Below, one piece after another: positions 25,436 through 38,260 of a DNA stretch of 64,000 nt (its first letter is position 1; the number at the start of each line of letters is the position of its first letter). Under the pieces are notes generated by a model. The model was not told the DNA's origin, searched no databases, and saw only the letters and a list, made by a program, of their open reading frames with translations. This DNA is from the human T2T-CHM13v2.0 reference genome, Homo sapiens, in the NCBI RefSeq assembly GCF_009914755.1, contig NC_060927.1; one strand, written 5' to 3'. Position numbers and translations under genes: made by a program.

Positions 25436-26530
25436 CCAATATGTAGTCTTTTATCCCTCACCTACCTCCTACCCTTCCCCCTTAAGTCCTCAAAGTCCAT
25501 TATAACATTCTTATGCCTTTGCATCCTTATAGCTTACCTCCCACTTAGAACATATGGTATTTAGTTTTTTATTCCTGAGTTACTTCACTTAGAATAATGG
25601 CCTCCAGCTCCATCCAAGTTGCTGCAAAAGACATTATTCCATTTCTTTTTATGGCTGAGTAGTATTCCATGGTGTATATATACAACATTTTCTTTATCCA
25701 CTTGGCCGATGGGAACTTAGATTGGTTCCACATTTATACAATTGCAAATTGTGCCACTATAAACGTGTGTGCATGTGTCTTTTTCATATAATGACTTCTT
25801 TTCCTTTGGGTAGATATCTAGTAGTGGGACTGCTACATTGAATGGTAGTTCTACTTTTAGTTCTTTAAGGAATCTCCATACTGTTTTCCATAGTGGTTGT
25901 ACTAATTTACATTCCCACCAGCAGTGTAAAAGTGTTCCCTTTTCAACAAATTCATGCCAGCATCTATTGTTTTTTCACTTTTTAATTATGGTCACTCTTG
26001 CAGGAGTAAGGTCGTATCTCATTGTGGTTTCAATTTGCATTTTCCTGATCATTAGTGATATTGAGCATTTTTTTCATATGTTTTTTGGTTGTTTATATAT
26101 CTTATTTTGAAAATTGTCTATTCATTCCTTTGCCCACTTTTTGATAGAATTATTTGTCTTCGCCTTCTGAATTGTTTGAGTTACCTGTAGATTATGGATA
26201 TTAGTTCTTTTTCAGATGCATAGTTTGAGAATATTTTCTCCCACTCCGGAGTTCTCTGTTAACTCCTCTGTTGGTTATCTCTTGCTGTGCAGAAGCTTTT
26301 TAGTTTAATTACGTCCCATCTATTTATTTTTGTTTTTGTTGCATTTGCTTTTGCGTTCTTAATCATGAATTCTTTGCCTAAGTCAATGCCTAGAAGAGTT
26401 TTTCCAATGTTATCTTCTAGAATTTTTATGGTTTCAGGTCTTAGATTTAAGTCTTTTATCCATCTTGAGTTGATTTTTCTATAAGGTGAGGGATGGGGAC
26501 CCAGTTTCATTCGTCTACATGTGGCTTGCT
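25436..26530 (-). mobile_element. LINE-1 L1PB-like, 5'-truncated and missing its extreme 3' end
   Basis: GTAGTCTTTTATCCCTCA...CTTATGCCTTTGCATCC...CCTGAGTTACTTCACTTAGAATAATGG; ORF 26259-26510 is an ORF2p piece ([17 protein letters not shown]). Confidence 0.92.
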
Positions 26531-26531
26531 T

Positions 26532-26675
26532 AGCTGGGACTTTTTAAACTGTATACAATATACACTTTATGTAAAAAAATAATAAGTAACATAGTTTAAT
26601 GTTTTATATATATATATATATATATTATATATAGAGAGAGAGTTTAAAAATAAAAGGAAATGTTTATGCTTGATT
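26532..26675 (+). repeat. Local direct duplication, copy 1 (contains (TA)n(GA)n)
   Basis: 26631-26675 matches 28244-28288 at 44/45; homology extends upstream through GGACTTTTTAA. Confidence 0.9.
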
Positions 26676-27629
26676 CAGCAGTGCTACCAAGTAACAGGGA
26701 CTTTCTTTCTTTTCCTCTAGCCTTATCTTCCCTTTCTGTTAGTATCACTCTCAAGTAAAATTCTTCTACATACAGCTCATGGAAACTGAGACCTTATATT
26801 TCTACGTGTCCAGGTTTAGCAAAAAGAGGAACTATGCCTCTATTTTTCAACAAAATACACAAGTCCTAGTAATAAAACCCAGATTGTGTCTCAAAGGCTC
26901 ATATTGGGTATGGACTCATTCTTGATCCAACCGTAGTAGTTGGGTGAGTAAGGAGGCAATGAAATGCTCACACAAGCCAAATTAATAACTTGTCCCCCAT
27001 AGAAGCTGGAGTTGAGATGAAACCAATACTATATAAACATTTTGGACTGTAAGTAGGATAAGGGAGATTTTTCAGAGGAAAATTGGGGGCTCCCCTCTGA
27101 AGAGCAAATGAGTCATGGGCCTACAGATTTTTCCATCACAGCTTGGACCTGCTATGCTGGGTTTTGAGCCTGGAACGGGAGTAAAGACTCACGCTTTCTA
27201 TTCTAGGTCACCAGTAGCCTTATCATTAATAAAATTAGTAGAGATAAAGGAAATGAGACTTTTCCTATGTAAACCTTGGTATATGACCTACAGCATGATT
27301 TCCATTTCAGAACTTAGTAGTGTGACAGCTCCTCAGCTGAAATGAACAGGTACAGTAGGTCAGATGGCTTCAGGAAAGCCCAGTTTCTTCATCTCTCCAA
27401 AAGATGATTGGATGGGTTCTGCTCCCTATTATAGGAAGAAACAAGGTCTTGAAAGAAAATACAGATGGAAAAACAGGAGGCTGAGGTGTGAGAGGAGGCA
27501 GATCATCTGGGAAAAATGGATTTTTTTAAAGTTTTGGTTATATTTCTGATTAGTTATGTGACCTCAGGCAAATTACTTAATAACTTTGGGCATCTTCATT
27601 TGAAAGACGAAGAAATTGAATTTGAATTT

Positions 27630-28750
27630 TTTTTATTGTTTCTATTACTTTGCTGAAATTCCCCATCTGTTCACACATCTTGTCCGTCATTTATTCTAGT
27701 TTTTAACCTACATTTTATCATTCTTTAAATTTTCTATGTTATACTACTGTATGTCTCTATTGATTATTTCTTATATTGACCATGGGTCACATGTTCTTCC
27801 TTCTTCAGTGTCTCTCTCTCTCTCTTTTTTTTTTTTACTGTGTCTTATGTACTACGTGCAAAAGATCAGGTGAGACATAAGTAAGCAATATTTGCCTCCA
27901 GAAAATGACATGTTCCTTATTCTGTGAGGCTAATGTGTTGGGAGCTGAGTCAATCTAATCTAGTTTTAGCTTTGATGAAGCATTAGTTTGATTCAGTTCA
28001 CCTGAAAAATTTTAACTTCACAAGGACTTGAGATGTGAGTACTGGTAAGACTTCTGGGATCTCTGTCTCAGAGCCTCTCCTGGCATTTTGAATTTGGGTG
28101 CTGTTTAGAAATTTATTTCCTACCACATTCACATGTCTTAAAAATATCTTCCTTATCAGCCAGGACTTTTTAAGTTGTATATGATAATATATATGTTATG
28201 TAAAATATGTAATATACAGTTTAGTGTTTTATGTATATACATAATAGAGAGAGAGTTGAAAAATAAAAGGAAATGTTTATGCTTGATTAAAGCATAAACT
28301 TTATGGAATTTCTCTTAGTCCTCCTGCCCCACATTCAGCCTTTGGAGCACCACTGAAAGTTGGAGAACCAACTTGTTGAAAACCTGAGATCACCTGGATG
28401 ACTTTCTCTTAGTTCTCCTGCACTGCTGTTATTCATCAGAATAACACACTCGAGCACCCAGAAAAAGCCTCTGGGAAAGAAATGGAGAATGGGTGCAAAG
28501 TTTCTCTGTGTTTGAGGCTTCTTGGGATTATAATCTCTCATGATGCTTGCATCCAGTCATTAAAAATTTATTGAAAGTTAGCCTAGTTTATCTTCATTAG
28601 CATTTTACTAGATTTTCCTTCCTCCCCCAATACTACCAGGGTTAAAGTAATTGTTTTCCTCTGTTAGGAAGGTCTTACCATTTTCTGGAATTTAGCTTTT
28701 TAGTTTTCCTTGCACCCTCAGACTTCTGTAGCTTATCCAGTGTACCCTTC
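27630..28750 (-). mobile_element. Very old L1M fragment(s)
   Basis: T-rich L1-like text (TTTGCTGAAATTCCCCATCTG; ATGGGTCACATGTTC); heavily diverged. Confidence 0.45.
28158..28288 (+). repeat. Local direct duplication, copy 2, ending in a fold-back palindrome
   Basis: Copy of 26532-26675; GTTTATGCTT-GATTA-AAGCATAAAC at 28275-28299. Confidence 0.9.
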
Positions 28751-29608
28751 TTAGGGATACTTTGGAAATGATGGTCTTCTAGGCCCTAATCCTAGGTCAT
28801 TTTGAATGATAGCTTCTAAATTCTAAAGTCATTGGCAATCTGAATAAACAGAGACAATGCGGACATTAGATATTTGTGTAATCAGAAACTGCCTCATAAC
28901 TTCTCTTTTTGGCTTTTTGATAGTTGAATAATAGACTCAGCAACACAGCAACTAACAGGAAAAAGGGGATGATGTAAGGTGAGATACCAACACTTGCTTA
29001 AGGCAATCCTAGTCAGGACCCAGCATGGCTAAAGCACATAGTGGTTTTGCTCTTATTGGGTTTTGGCTGCTTTATTTTTGTTATGATTGTTTTTTTCTAT
29101 TATAAGTATTATTTTGTTTGAGGCAAATAAAATGTCTTCTTTATATGACAGGTGTTAAGGTGGTTACTTTTGCTTTTAGCGAATGCATAGGAGGAAAATC
29201 TAAGCTACATTCTATGAAAAAGAGCTAATTTTGACCAAATATCGAGCAGCTACGTCATGAGTGGAGTTAGCATCGCTGATGGGTCTCTACACTAGGGATA
29301 GTTATTTTGGATCTGCTGCTGCGTTGTTGCATAGGGAAAAGAGAAAAAAAAAACAAACAAACACTTTATACCCCAGAAAAGTGGAGGACAGAGGTTTGAC
29401 TGATATCTCAGCCTTGAGGCACTGACTCTCTCTTGCTGACTCAAGAATTCATGCCCCTGAGGATTCTAGGTCTAACTTAAGCTCCCAGTATTCCTGCTCT
29501 ATTAATTAAATCATCCACTTCACACAGGCATAAGGAGATTCTACTTACTTTTGAAAAGTCTAACCTTTCTAGCACTTTCTCACATTTCTTAATGTTGGCC
29601 TTTTATAG

Positions 29609-29679
29609 GATGAATAGTTCAGTCCCCAGAAAGTCTATTAAATCATTTACAAGGGCAAATGAATGACATTATGTGCAAG
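29609..29679 (+). other. Candidate spliced exon (non-coding?)
   Basis: Acceptor CCTTTTATAG|G after a pyrimidine-rich tract; near-consensus donor AAG|GTGAGT. Confidence 0.3.
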
Positions 29680-29949
29680 GTGAGTTTGCAGCAGAATTGA
29701 TTATTTTCTCAGCTGATATCAGTGGAAATCTACTGAGTCTCTACTGTGTTGGTGAAAAACAGATCATGTTTGACAAATGTGGCTGGATATTTTTATACAT
29801 TTCCTCTATTGACTGATAAGTGGGAGTGAGGGAGGTGGAATTTATCTGAATATTTGTAAAGTGCATGACACTGAGCACATAGGTGGAATGATTTATGAAA
29901 CTAGTAATGCTTCCTTTCTTGGGAGAGTAGAAGTCATCTAGATCAGTGC

Positions 29950-30150
29950 TTAGAAATATAGGCTTTGGAGTCACCTGGGTTTAAGTCCTGATTGCACCAT
30001 TTGTTTGGGCAAATTTCTATGTCCTAATTTTCTCAGGGTAATAGAGGTATCTATTATTTATCTCTTGTTGTTCTTTTGAATATGTACAATGGTATTTGTA
30101 TAGAATTTTGCACAGTGCCTGGCACATAGTTGGTTCTAAGTGGTAATTAT
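29950..30150 (+). mobile_element. MIR SINE
   Basis: AGGCTTTGGAGTCACCTGGGTTTAAGTCC...GCACAGTGCCTGGCACATAG. Confidence 0.75.
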
Positions 30151-30734
30151 TATAATAGGAGGAAATTAGAAGGCTTCAAGAAAACTCAATAGCTAGTATC
30201 ATAATAACTCTCGTGGACTTTCTTCAGTTGTACACTCATTTTATTCTAGCCTGGAGGTGTGATTGAATATTTTCTGCCAGTACAACTGACTAGCAGAGAA
30301 TTAGTTGCTCAAAATATGTTCACCTTTATAATGCATAAGATTTAGCCTGAGTGTCTGGTTTGATATTCTATTTAGGTCCTGCACAGTTCAATATTAAATG
30401 GAGTTTCTACCCTAGCATGAAAGGAGGAAGAGAGAAAATCGGATCCAAGAGAAATTCGGCTCCAACATTCCCCAAATATTAGAGTGAGACCATCTGGAAT
30501 TCAAAATGTTATTGTAGGTAACTGACAGCTGAATATCGGAAGGTATAGAAAATGGAAGGCTAAGGGGGACATTATTTCTATGCCTATACTCAGGTGAGAA
30601 TGTTATCAGGGTCATGAGTTACAGATCCTGCATAATGATGCCAAACAGCACAAAAGAACAGTTATTAATATTGTATCAGATTATTTAGCTATCTCCTTAC
30701 CCCCTTCCCATTACCAAGAAGAGAGGCAAGAGGC

Positions 30735-30920
30735 AGAGTGTGTGATGGTTAAGATAAGCCAAGAGGCTGGCATCAGGGAATCTGGATTTGAATCTTTGTG
30801 TTGCCTCTTTGTACATCCTAGGCCTCAGTTTCCCCAACTGAAACACTGTAGTAATAATGCTTACATTACTGGGTTCTTGTGAGTTAAAAGAAGAAAAGGT
30901 ATGTAAAATATGATGTTCAA
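30735..30920 (+). mobile_element. MIR SINE
   Basis: GTGATGGTTAAGA...CTGGATTTGAATC...GCCTCAGTTTCCCC. Confidence 0.7.
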
Positions 30921-33900
30921 TACAGCTTAATTTTTCTTTTTAATTCAGAAGAAAAGCTCAGTCTTATATATTCCCCCTCTTAAGGCTGACGGTGCATAAA
31001 GAACTGGATGTCAGGTGAGGTGATTCTGGGCCATAAACCACATTTTCAACTATACACTCACAGTGGTTATTACCTGGGGTCTGCATAGAAGAATAGAAAA
31101 GGTGATGAGGGAGCATTTCTTACTTTATTTTCTGAATTCAGGCTAAGTATCTAGCTGTGTGTAAGAGCTTTGAAATCTGCAAGGTATCATTGGTGTCAGT
31201 GCCAAGAATAAAACTGTGCCAAACCACCAGTGACTGCCCTGGCTTAGCCAAGCATTGATCAGTCAAGGCTCAAGGCTTTGAGATATGTGCTAGGAGCTGT
31301 TCTTGGGAAAAAGAATCACTGACTATAGAGTCAGCAAGCCAGCAACAATGTGCTCATCCTTTCATCAGGGATGTCAGAGGGTGCTCATAGGTGCCAAGGG
31401 GCTTGCTTGCAGCAGATACTCACAGTCAAGACATCTCCCTTTATGAGCCCTTTTGTGGTCTCCCACCATTTCTGTCCAACTGTAGGGTAAAATTTCTTAT
31501 TTCAATAGAGAAAGTTTTCAATTACTGGCTGCTATCCTAATTATATAAAAAGTTAGATGCCCAGAACAACAGAATGGAATCTTAACACACTGTCTCACTT
31601 ATCTTTGTGGTTCCCTGGGCTTAGCACAAAGCTTAACATACTGATTCTTTCAAAAAAATGTGTTGATCATCTCCTTTATATTCTCACATCTATTTACGTA
31701 CAGAGACATCCAACCTAATTTATCATGCTCATTATGCAGATAAGAATATTGATGTTCAAAGAGGGGAAGGAACTTGCTTGCTCAGGATTACATCCCTACT
31801 CAGTAATTGAGTAACGCTAGAGTTCTTTGATTGCAAGCAACAGCTATGCATTGCAGTAACTTAAGCAATAGGCAGATAAATCAACAGACAAGTAAGAAGA
31901 TACTAGACAATTTGTGGAATTGAAGGTAGAGCTTAAGGTTTAGGTTTTGGAAAAGACATGGATAAGCATCCTGAGGGGTCTTGATGGCAGGAACTCACAA
32001 GTAGTCTCTCCATGATTCTGCCATCAGGTCTTTCATCCTCAGCCACCTCATGTATGTGACTCCCCAAGATTCAAAATTCTGGAGGGAGATTCTGATTGTC
32101 ATCAAGTCAAATCTTCAGTCCTTTACCTAAGCTGTGGTCAGGGACTCTGGATTCCATGATTGACGTCCCTCCAGAACACACAGGGTCAGAGTCAGGGTCA
32201 AATTCTCAAAGGATGCCGAGAAACCAGAAAGACAAACAAAAACATGTATGAAAAGAGTATACACTGCCTGTTTGAAACAGAACAAACCCTTTCCCAAGGG
32301 CAAAAATTTAACTTTAAAACATATGCAATTTTTCTAAAAAGTTTAGAAATAGGTACCCGCTTGATATAAAATGATTCCTTTAATGATTCCTTTAATGAAT
32401 GTAGCTTCAGACCGATGGGTAATGATCAAGGCCCTTGGGGCTACCTCCAGCTTTTCTTCCTGATGCATGGCCCTGTTTCTGTGTTGGAAGTAAGGAAACT
32501 TGCTGTTCCAGGGCTTAACCTATATCTAGAGAATGATTCAGATATAATGAAGAAAGTACCTGGTGTTATAATATCTTAGCCCTTGCTGAGCATTTCAATC
32601 CCTTAAAAAATCCTATTTGCAGGATTTTTAAAAACTGTATTACTCATATCTTGGAGAAAACGGGGGGTATTCTGAAGTAAAACTTTGACCCAGGGATAAA
32701 GCACATTAGCTTGAGGATGAAGAGGACTGGGTTTGGGTCTGCCATTTGCTAGTTTGGACAAGGCTGCTTTACCTTCCTTGACCTCAATTTGTTAATTTAT
32801 ATTATTAATGAAGATGTTGAACTACACGCTTTTTATTGAAATGGTATGACAAGTGAATGTGAAGATAAATAAATGCCTTAAAACTTAATAAAACTAAATT
32901 TCACTTTACGGATGAGCCTTACTTTCATCCTTTTAAACACAATTTTGAGACATACAAAAACAGACAAGATAGACACCAATCAAACTTCAAAAAAATTATT
33001 TAAATTGCTTATCTATCCTGGCTCCCAGACAATGCAAATCATCATTGATATACTATGGCCACTACCTCTGCCCTCTGATGAACTTGTTGTTTTGAATGCC
33101 TGAGCACTCTTAGAAGCCCTCTCTCCTCACTACTACTACCCTAAGTTATGAGTAACTTGGATAAACAGGTGGGCACAGAGGGTTAACGGCCCACCCACCC
33201 TCTTTTTAATGACTTTCTCAGAAACAGAAATGTGAGGCAATGTGGGTATTCAATCATAACTCTTGGATCTCATTTGAGGCTCCTGGGCAAGTTCCTCTCT
33301 GAATATAAACATTAAACAGCAAATAAGCATAAACAAAGAGAACATTATTAGAGAGATTCTACAAATATCATATAGATTCTTTCTTTTTATGTGTATAATT
33401 AAACTTCTTTGGTGGTGCCTATAGAGTTTAATACTCATATTTTATTTCCATCACTGCAAGGAGATAGGAAGTAACATTGGATGTCAGCAGGTCTTCTTGA
33501 ATAACCCAGACACTCTTCTGAATTCTAACGATAGAGCCTTAAGCCTTTTTCTCAAGGAACCCACAGGTGGTGGGGTGTGGAGAGGGAGTGCTCTCCATTA
33601 TCCCTTCAATGCATGATAAATAGTTGTAATCAATATCTACCTGTAAGTTTGGCTAAAAACCAGCTTCTGCAAAGCCCAGCCAGGAGCTCAAGTGTTCTGT
33701 TCCCCCAGCTGTCAATCAGAGTAGGGAGGGCATGAAGGAGACATAGGAGATAGATTCATGAAGAATACTTGTTACTTTTATATGTGATCTGCAACTTTAA
33801 GAATTTTTTTTCCTGATACTACCAAAATGAATTCATCAAAAGATAGCCTAATGATGAGGCTTTTCTGCCACTTTGCTGTTATTAGACTCCAGGGAGTAAA

Positions 33901-33986
33901 TGTCTCTTATTATTATAAAAAGGGAAATTATGAGCTTTTTCTCCAAGAGCTATAAGACAATCTTATCTTCATTTTCATTCTTCCAG

Positions 33987-34106
33987 GTGGTTATGTTGAA
34001 GATGTAAATATTCTCCCTGCTGTGAGTATTACTGCAGCTGCCCAAAGATGCTTTATTTTAAAGATGTGGATACAGGAAGATAAAAGCATCAGAAACACTG
34101 CATGGG
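33987..34106 (+). other. Candidate 120-nt spliced exon
   Basis: Strong acceptor TCTTATCTTCATTTTCATTCTTCCAG|G; donor GGG|GTAAGA; alternative internal donor GCT|GTGAGT after 34021. Confidence 0.4.
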
Positions 34107-34838
34107 GTAAGACTGTCCTGGCTGCCAGGGTCTTGGTTTAGACAGTGGTAGCAATGGGACTTTTGCTGGGACAATGTTGAAGCTGTACTTTGTCTTAGTC
34201 AAGGTTTGTTTTTTGTTACAATTATCATGTGTCTCCTCAAATGAGCTGAAATATTAAGAGGCTATAAGGATACAGGAGGATTTTAGGGGGTGTTAATTAT
34301 AGTCTGACCTCTGAAGAGTCTGGGTTGAAAAATTGAGTATCTATTCTCTGTCTCTCCTCTCTCTCTCTCTGAGGCCATATGGTCTCTCATTTTCCTTCAG
34401 TTTTGCACCTCCGCTTCATTCTTCTCTTGATTTTCAACACTCCTGCTGAATCTCCATCTCTGCCCATATGGCAGAAGACAGCTGCCCCTGGCTTCCTTAT
34501 TCACATGCCCTTGACATTCACATGTCAAGCGGGGAGTGAAGACTAAAACTCTCACATCTTTTTCTTCAAGCTCCTAGGAAAGAGTCTCTGATCAGCCCAG
34601 TTGGGCCCATTTTATCTACCTATGGTTTAATCAGGAATTTCTTGGAAATCCTAAAGGCCAAATGTGTACCCCCAAGAAAAAAGAACTCCTTAGGTAGCAT
34701 TGTGGTGAGCACTTCATGGGCATTGTCTTTGTCTAAAGTTCATAGAAATCCTATGAGGTTGCTATTACAGTCTAATTTTCTATGTAACAAAGCAGAGTCT
34801 CAAACAGTTAAGTAATTTGCCCAGGATCATACACTGAC

Positions 34839-35146
34839 TTTTATTTCTTTTAGAGACAGGGTCTCACTCTGTTGCTCAGGCTGGAGTGCAGTGGTACAAT
34901 CATAGCTCACTGCAATCTCAAACTCCTATGCTCAAATGATCCTCCAGCCTCAACCTCCTGAGTAGCTAGGGCTACAGGCGTTTGTCACCACAACAAGCTA
35001 AATTTTTGTTTCAATATTTTATTTTTTGTAGAGATGTGGTCTTGCTCTGTTGCCCAGGCTGGTCTTGAACTCTTGGCCTCAAGTGATCCTCCTGCCTAGG
35101 CCTCCCAAAGCACTGGGATTACAGGCGTGAGCCACTGCTCTCAGCT
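34839..35146 (-). mobile_element. AluJ SINE (inserted in a MIR)
   Basis: AGAGACAGGGTCTCACTCTGTTGCTCAGG...ATCATAGCTCACTGCAATCTCAAACTCC. Confidence 0.93.
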
Positions 35147-35197
35147 CCCTCACCTTCCCCCTCAAGCTTTTTACCACTACCATCTCTTGCTCCTAAA

Positions 35198-35400
35198 CAA
35201 GGTTTCTCAAATTTCAGTCAGCATCAGAATCACTTGCAGGGCTCATTGAAACCAAGACATTTGGGCCCTATATTCAGAAATATTGATTCTGTAGGCCCAG
35301 GAATAAGGCTGAGAATGTGCATTTCTAACAAGCTCTTTTGTGAAACTGATGCTGTTAGTCCAAGGTCCAAAGCTACTTGGTCCTTGCTACTTTGAGTAGC
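35198..35400. mobile_element. MER5A DNA transposon
   Basis: TTTCTCAAAT...GCATCAGAATCAC...GAGAATGTGCATTTCTAACAAG. Confidence 0.8.
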
Positions 35401-37339
35401 TCTAAGCAATCAAGAAGTTAATGTTCTCATGAATTAAGAAATCCCTTTGAATTGTAGCTATACTCCATAAATAATCAGAATAAAAGAAGTTCCTGTGAGC
35501 TCATTTATTTGCTTTGTCTAATCCCAATATTTTGCTCATTCTGTTTTTAACACATCTTCCTAAGAAAGAAAACCCTTTCTGACTTGGGACACTTGCATTT
35601 AGAGGGACTCGCAGTAGTCCTGGATACATATATAACTTTGGAGGCTATTATAGAAGCCACTTACATAATTTTCCCCTTAACCCTCCACTGAGATTTTTAA
35701 AAATCACTACAATTCTCATCAGAGAAGTAATTCTGAATAACGTTTCCTCACTAGGAGATGGCAGAGATCAGTTTCCTGAACTAGGGTATATATGAAATTC
35801 ACTCTTCTAATCCCATATAGTTTCAAAAAGTTTTGTAGTCAGCCAGGAAAATGAAGAAACTACTACTACACATAGTGATGAATCTCACATGCCAAGTGTT
35901 GCATGAGAAAAACAAAGCATACTTCATGCCTCCATTTATATAAAGTTTTAAAAATCAAGATCTATGGAGATGGACGTTAAGACCAGACCGTGGTTGCTGT
36001 TGGGGCAGGATAGTGACTGCCGGGCACAGGGGTAGGGGTTGGGGAGGTGCACTCCCAGGAGTTGGTGATGTTCTGTTTCTGATCTGGAGGCTGGTTGAAT
36101 AGGCATGTTCAGTTTGTGGAAATTCACAAGCTCGTATACTTAGGAGCTGAGCGCTTGTCTGTGTCTGTTGTTATAGCCAGTATAAAAGATTCAGAGGTGT
36201 TTAAAAAATGAGTCATTTGTAGAAAGGCAGTATACGAATTGTATTGACAAACCTATTGCAAATGTGCTATACATGTAGAAAGAACAAGCCTGAAAGGAAA
36301 CATTCCAAACCATGACTGCTTCTGGGTGGTGGAAATGTGGCTGGATTTACTTTTTGGGCTTTTCTGTATTGTCTAAATTTTCTGCAATGTGCATACATTG
36401 CATTTATTAATATATCTTAACATGTTCAGTTTTTATTTAAAACATTGATTTTGTTAAAGTAGAAGTAAATAAGAGGACCCAATCCCACCAAATTCAGAAA
36501 CAGAAACTTTCTGCAAATGTCTATTTAATACAAATGTCAGAACAAAAAAGTGGCCATGGGAATTGTGGGGCCTTGACAATCACTTTATCCCATGTAAATG
36601 GTATTTCCCAAGGGCCTCTTTCAGGTTCTATTGGTAATTATAAAACAGGATTCATGAGGAAAGGGTACTTAGGAAGCAAGGAAATGATCATTTTGTGAGG
36701 TTTGCAAAACAGAATACAAATGTCCAAGGGCCAAGTAATAATGATAAATTAGTTTTTTGACCAAAGCTCAAAGATGCTAAAATCTCCAGAAAATCCATCA
36801 AATGTTCCCCAATACTTTCAATATTTTTGACAGTGACAAAATTGAATAAAAATATAGATGTGTTTGTGGCCAGAATTTATAATGCATTCTTTCATTATTT
36901 CCCCTTGGAACTCTAGTAGGATAAAGCTTTTCAAAGAGGTTATACATTTTATGTTAAGCATCTCAATGTTTTTGATGAAACAATTTAACTTTCTTGAATA
37001 TCAAAGAGGAAAAAAGAATGATGATGTGATCTTCAATTCTGGTCTCTAACTATTTCCTGAAATTTCACTGTCCCTGACTATATCAAACGCATAAGGAAAG
37101 GAGAGGAGCCATGGATAATAGAGCCCAGTGCTAATCTGGTTGGCTGGGTGTAGATTGTACTTGCTATATTTTGGAATCAGTCTCCTGGGGTTTGAATTCT
37201 GGCTCTCCCAGTCACTATGTATGGAACTTAGGGAAGACAATATAGCCTATGTGAATCTCAGCTTCCTGGGCTATAAAATGTGAGTAACTTTTATTCCTTC
37301 CTCATAGGGTTATTATAAGGATTATACAAAATTACATGT

Positions 37340-37935
37340 GTACCAGTTATCATTTTTTTGCTTTTCATCTCCAAATTTACCCTTCGATACCTGCTCTGTA
37401 ATAATGGTGGACTTTAAGCATTTCTCCTTTACTATAAGCACGATGTTAAGCTTTCTTAGTAGCAGGCACTGGATGCACATCAGAGGAGAAAAGGGACTCT
37501 CTTGTCCAGAAGCTGCACTGACAGTCATTGGTGTGGAGGGGAAGACATGTGGTGGGGCTCTGCCCTTATCATGAAGCCAGAGCATGAGTCCCTCCATGAC
37601 TCAGCAGCCCCAGTTAGTCTCACCTGTCCATGGTCTTTCCAATGGGGCACTGCACATTCAAGCTTTCTTCCCACACCTATCCAACACCCTCTGCAAGCCT
37701 GCAGGTCCAGTTACCAGCCATATGACACCTATGCCCCAAGGTTTACTTCCGGCTTGTCCAGCAACTGCGGACTGGCTCTGACCTAGCAAAACAGCACATT
37801 TCTCTACCACCTAGTGAGTTGCAGCCTTCTCTAATCAGGTCTGAATCCCAGCCTTGGGAAGGTGGCCCCCCCTTCCAAGTTTGTCCTCTTTTGGATACTC
37901 TCCCTCAGCTCTGCTACCATTTAGAGTTCTGTCAT
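37340..37935. mobile_element. ERVL LTR, LTR41-like
   Basis: TGTACCAGTTATC...CTCCAAATTTACCCTTC...CCTGCTCTGTAATAATGG...GCACGATGTTAAGCTTT matches recalled LTR41 text. Confidence 0.65.
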
Positions 37936-37954
37936 AATTATCATTTTTTACTTG

Positions 37955-38260
37955 GATTCTGCAAACTTTTCTTGTAAACAATGTAGTGAGTTAAACGGGG
38001 GGAAGCTCAGAGTCAATGAAAATACAGTCTAGGGACAAATGCAGCCAGTGGCGTTTGTGCAGCTTATGTTCTAAGAATGTGTTTTTACATTTGTAAAGAA
38101 TTGCTTAAAGAATGAGGAGGAGGAGGAAGAGAAGGAGGAGGGGGCCACAAATGAGAAGAAAAGGAGGAAGACTAGAAGGAAAACAGAGCTTATTTGGCCT
38201 GCAATGCCTAAAATAATACCATCTGATCCTTCATAGAAAAAAACATCCAAGACCTACTGA
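37955..38260. mobile_element. MER58-like hAT-Charlie element
   Basis: GCAAACTTTTCTTGTAAA...TGGCCTGCAATGCCTAAAATA...CATAGAAAAA. Confidence 0.55.
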
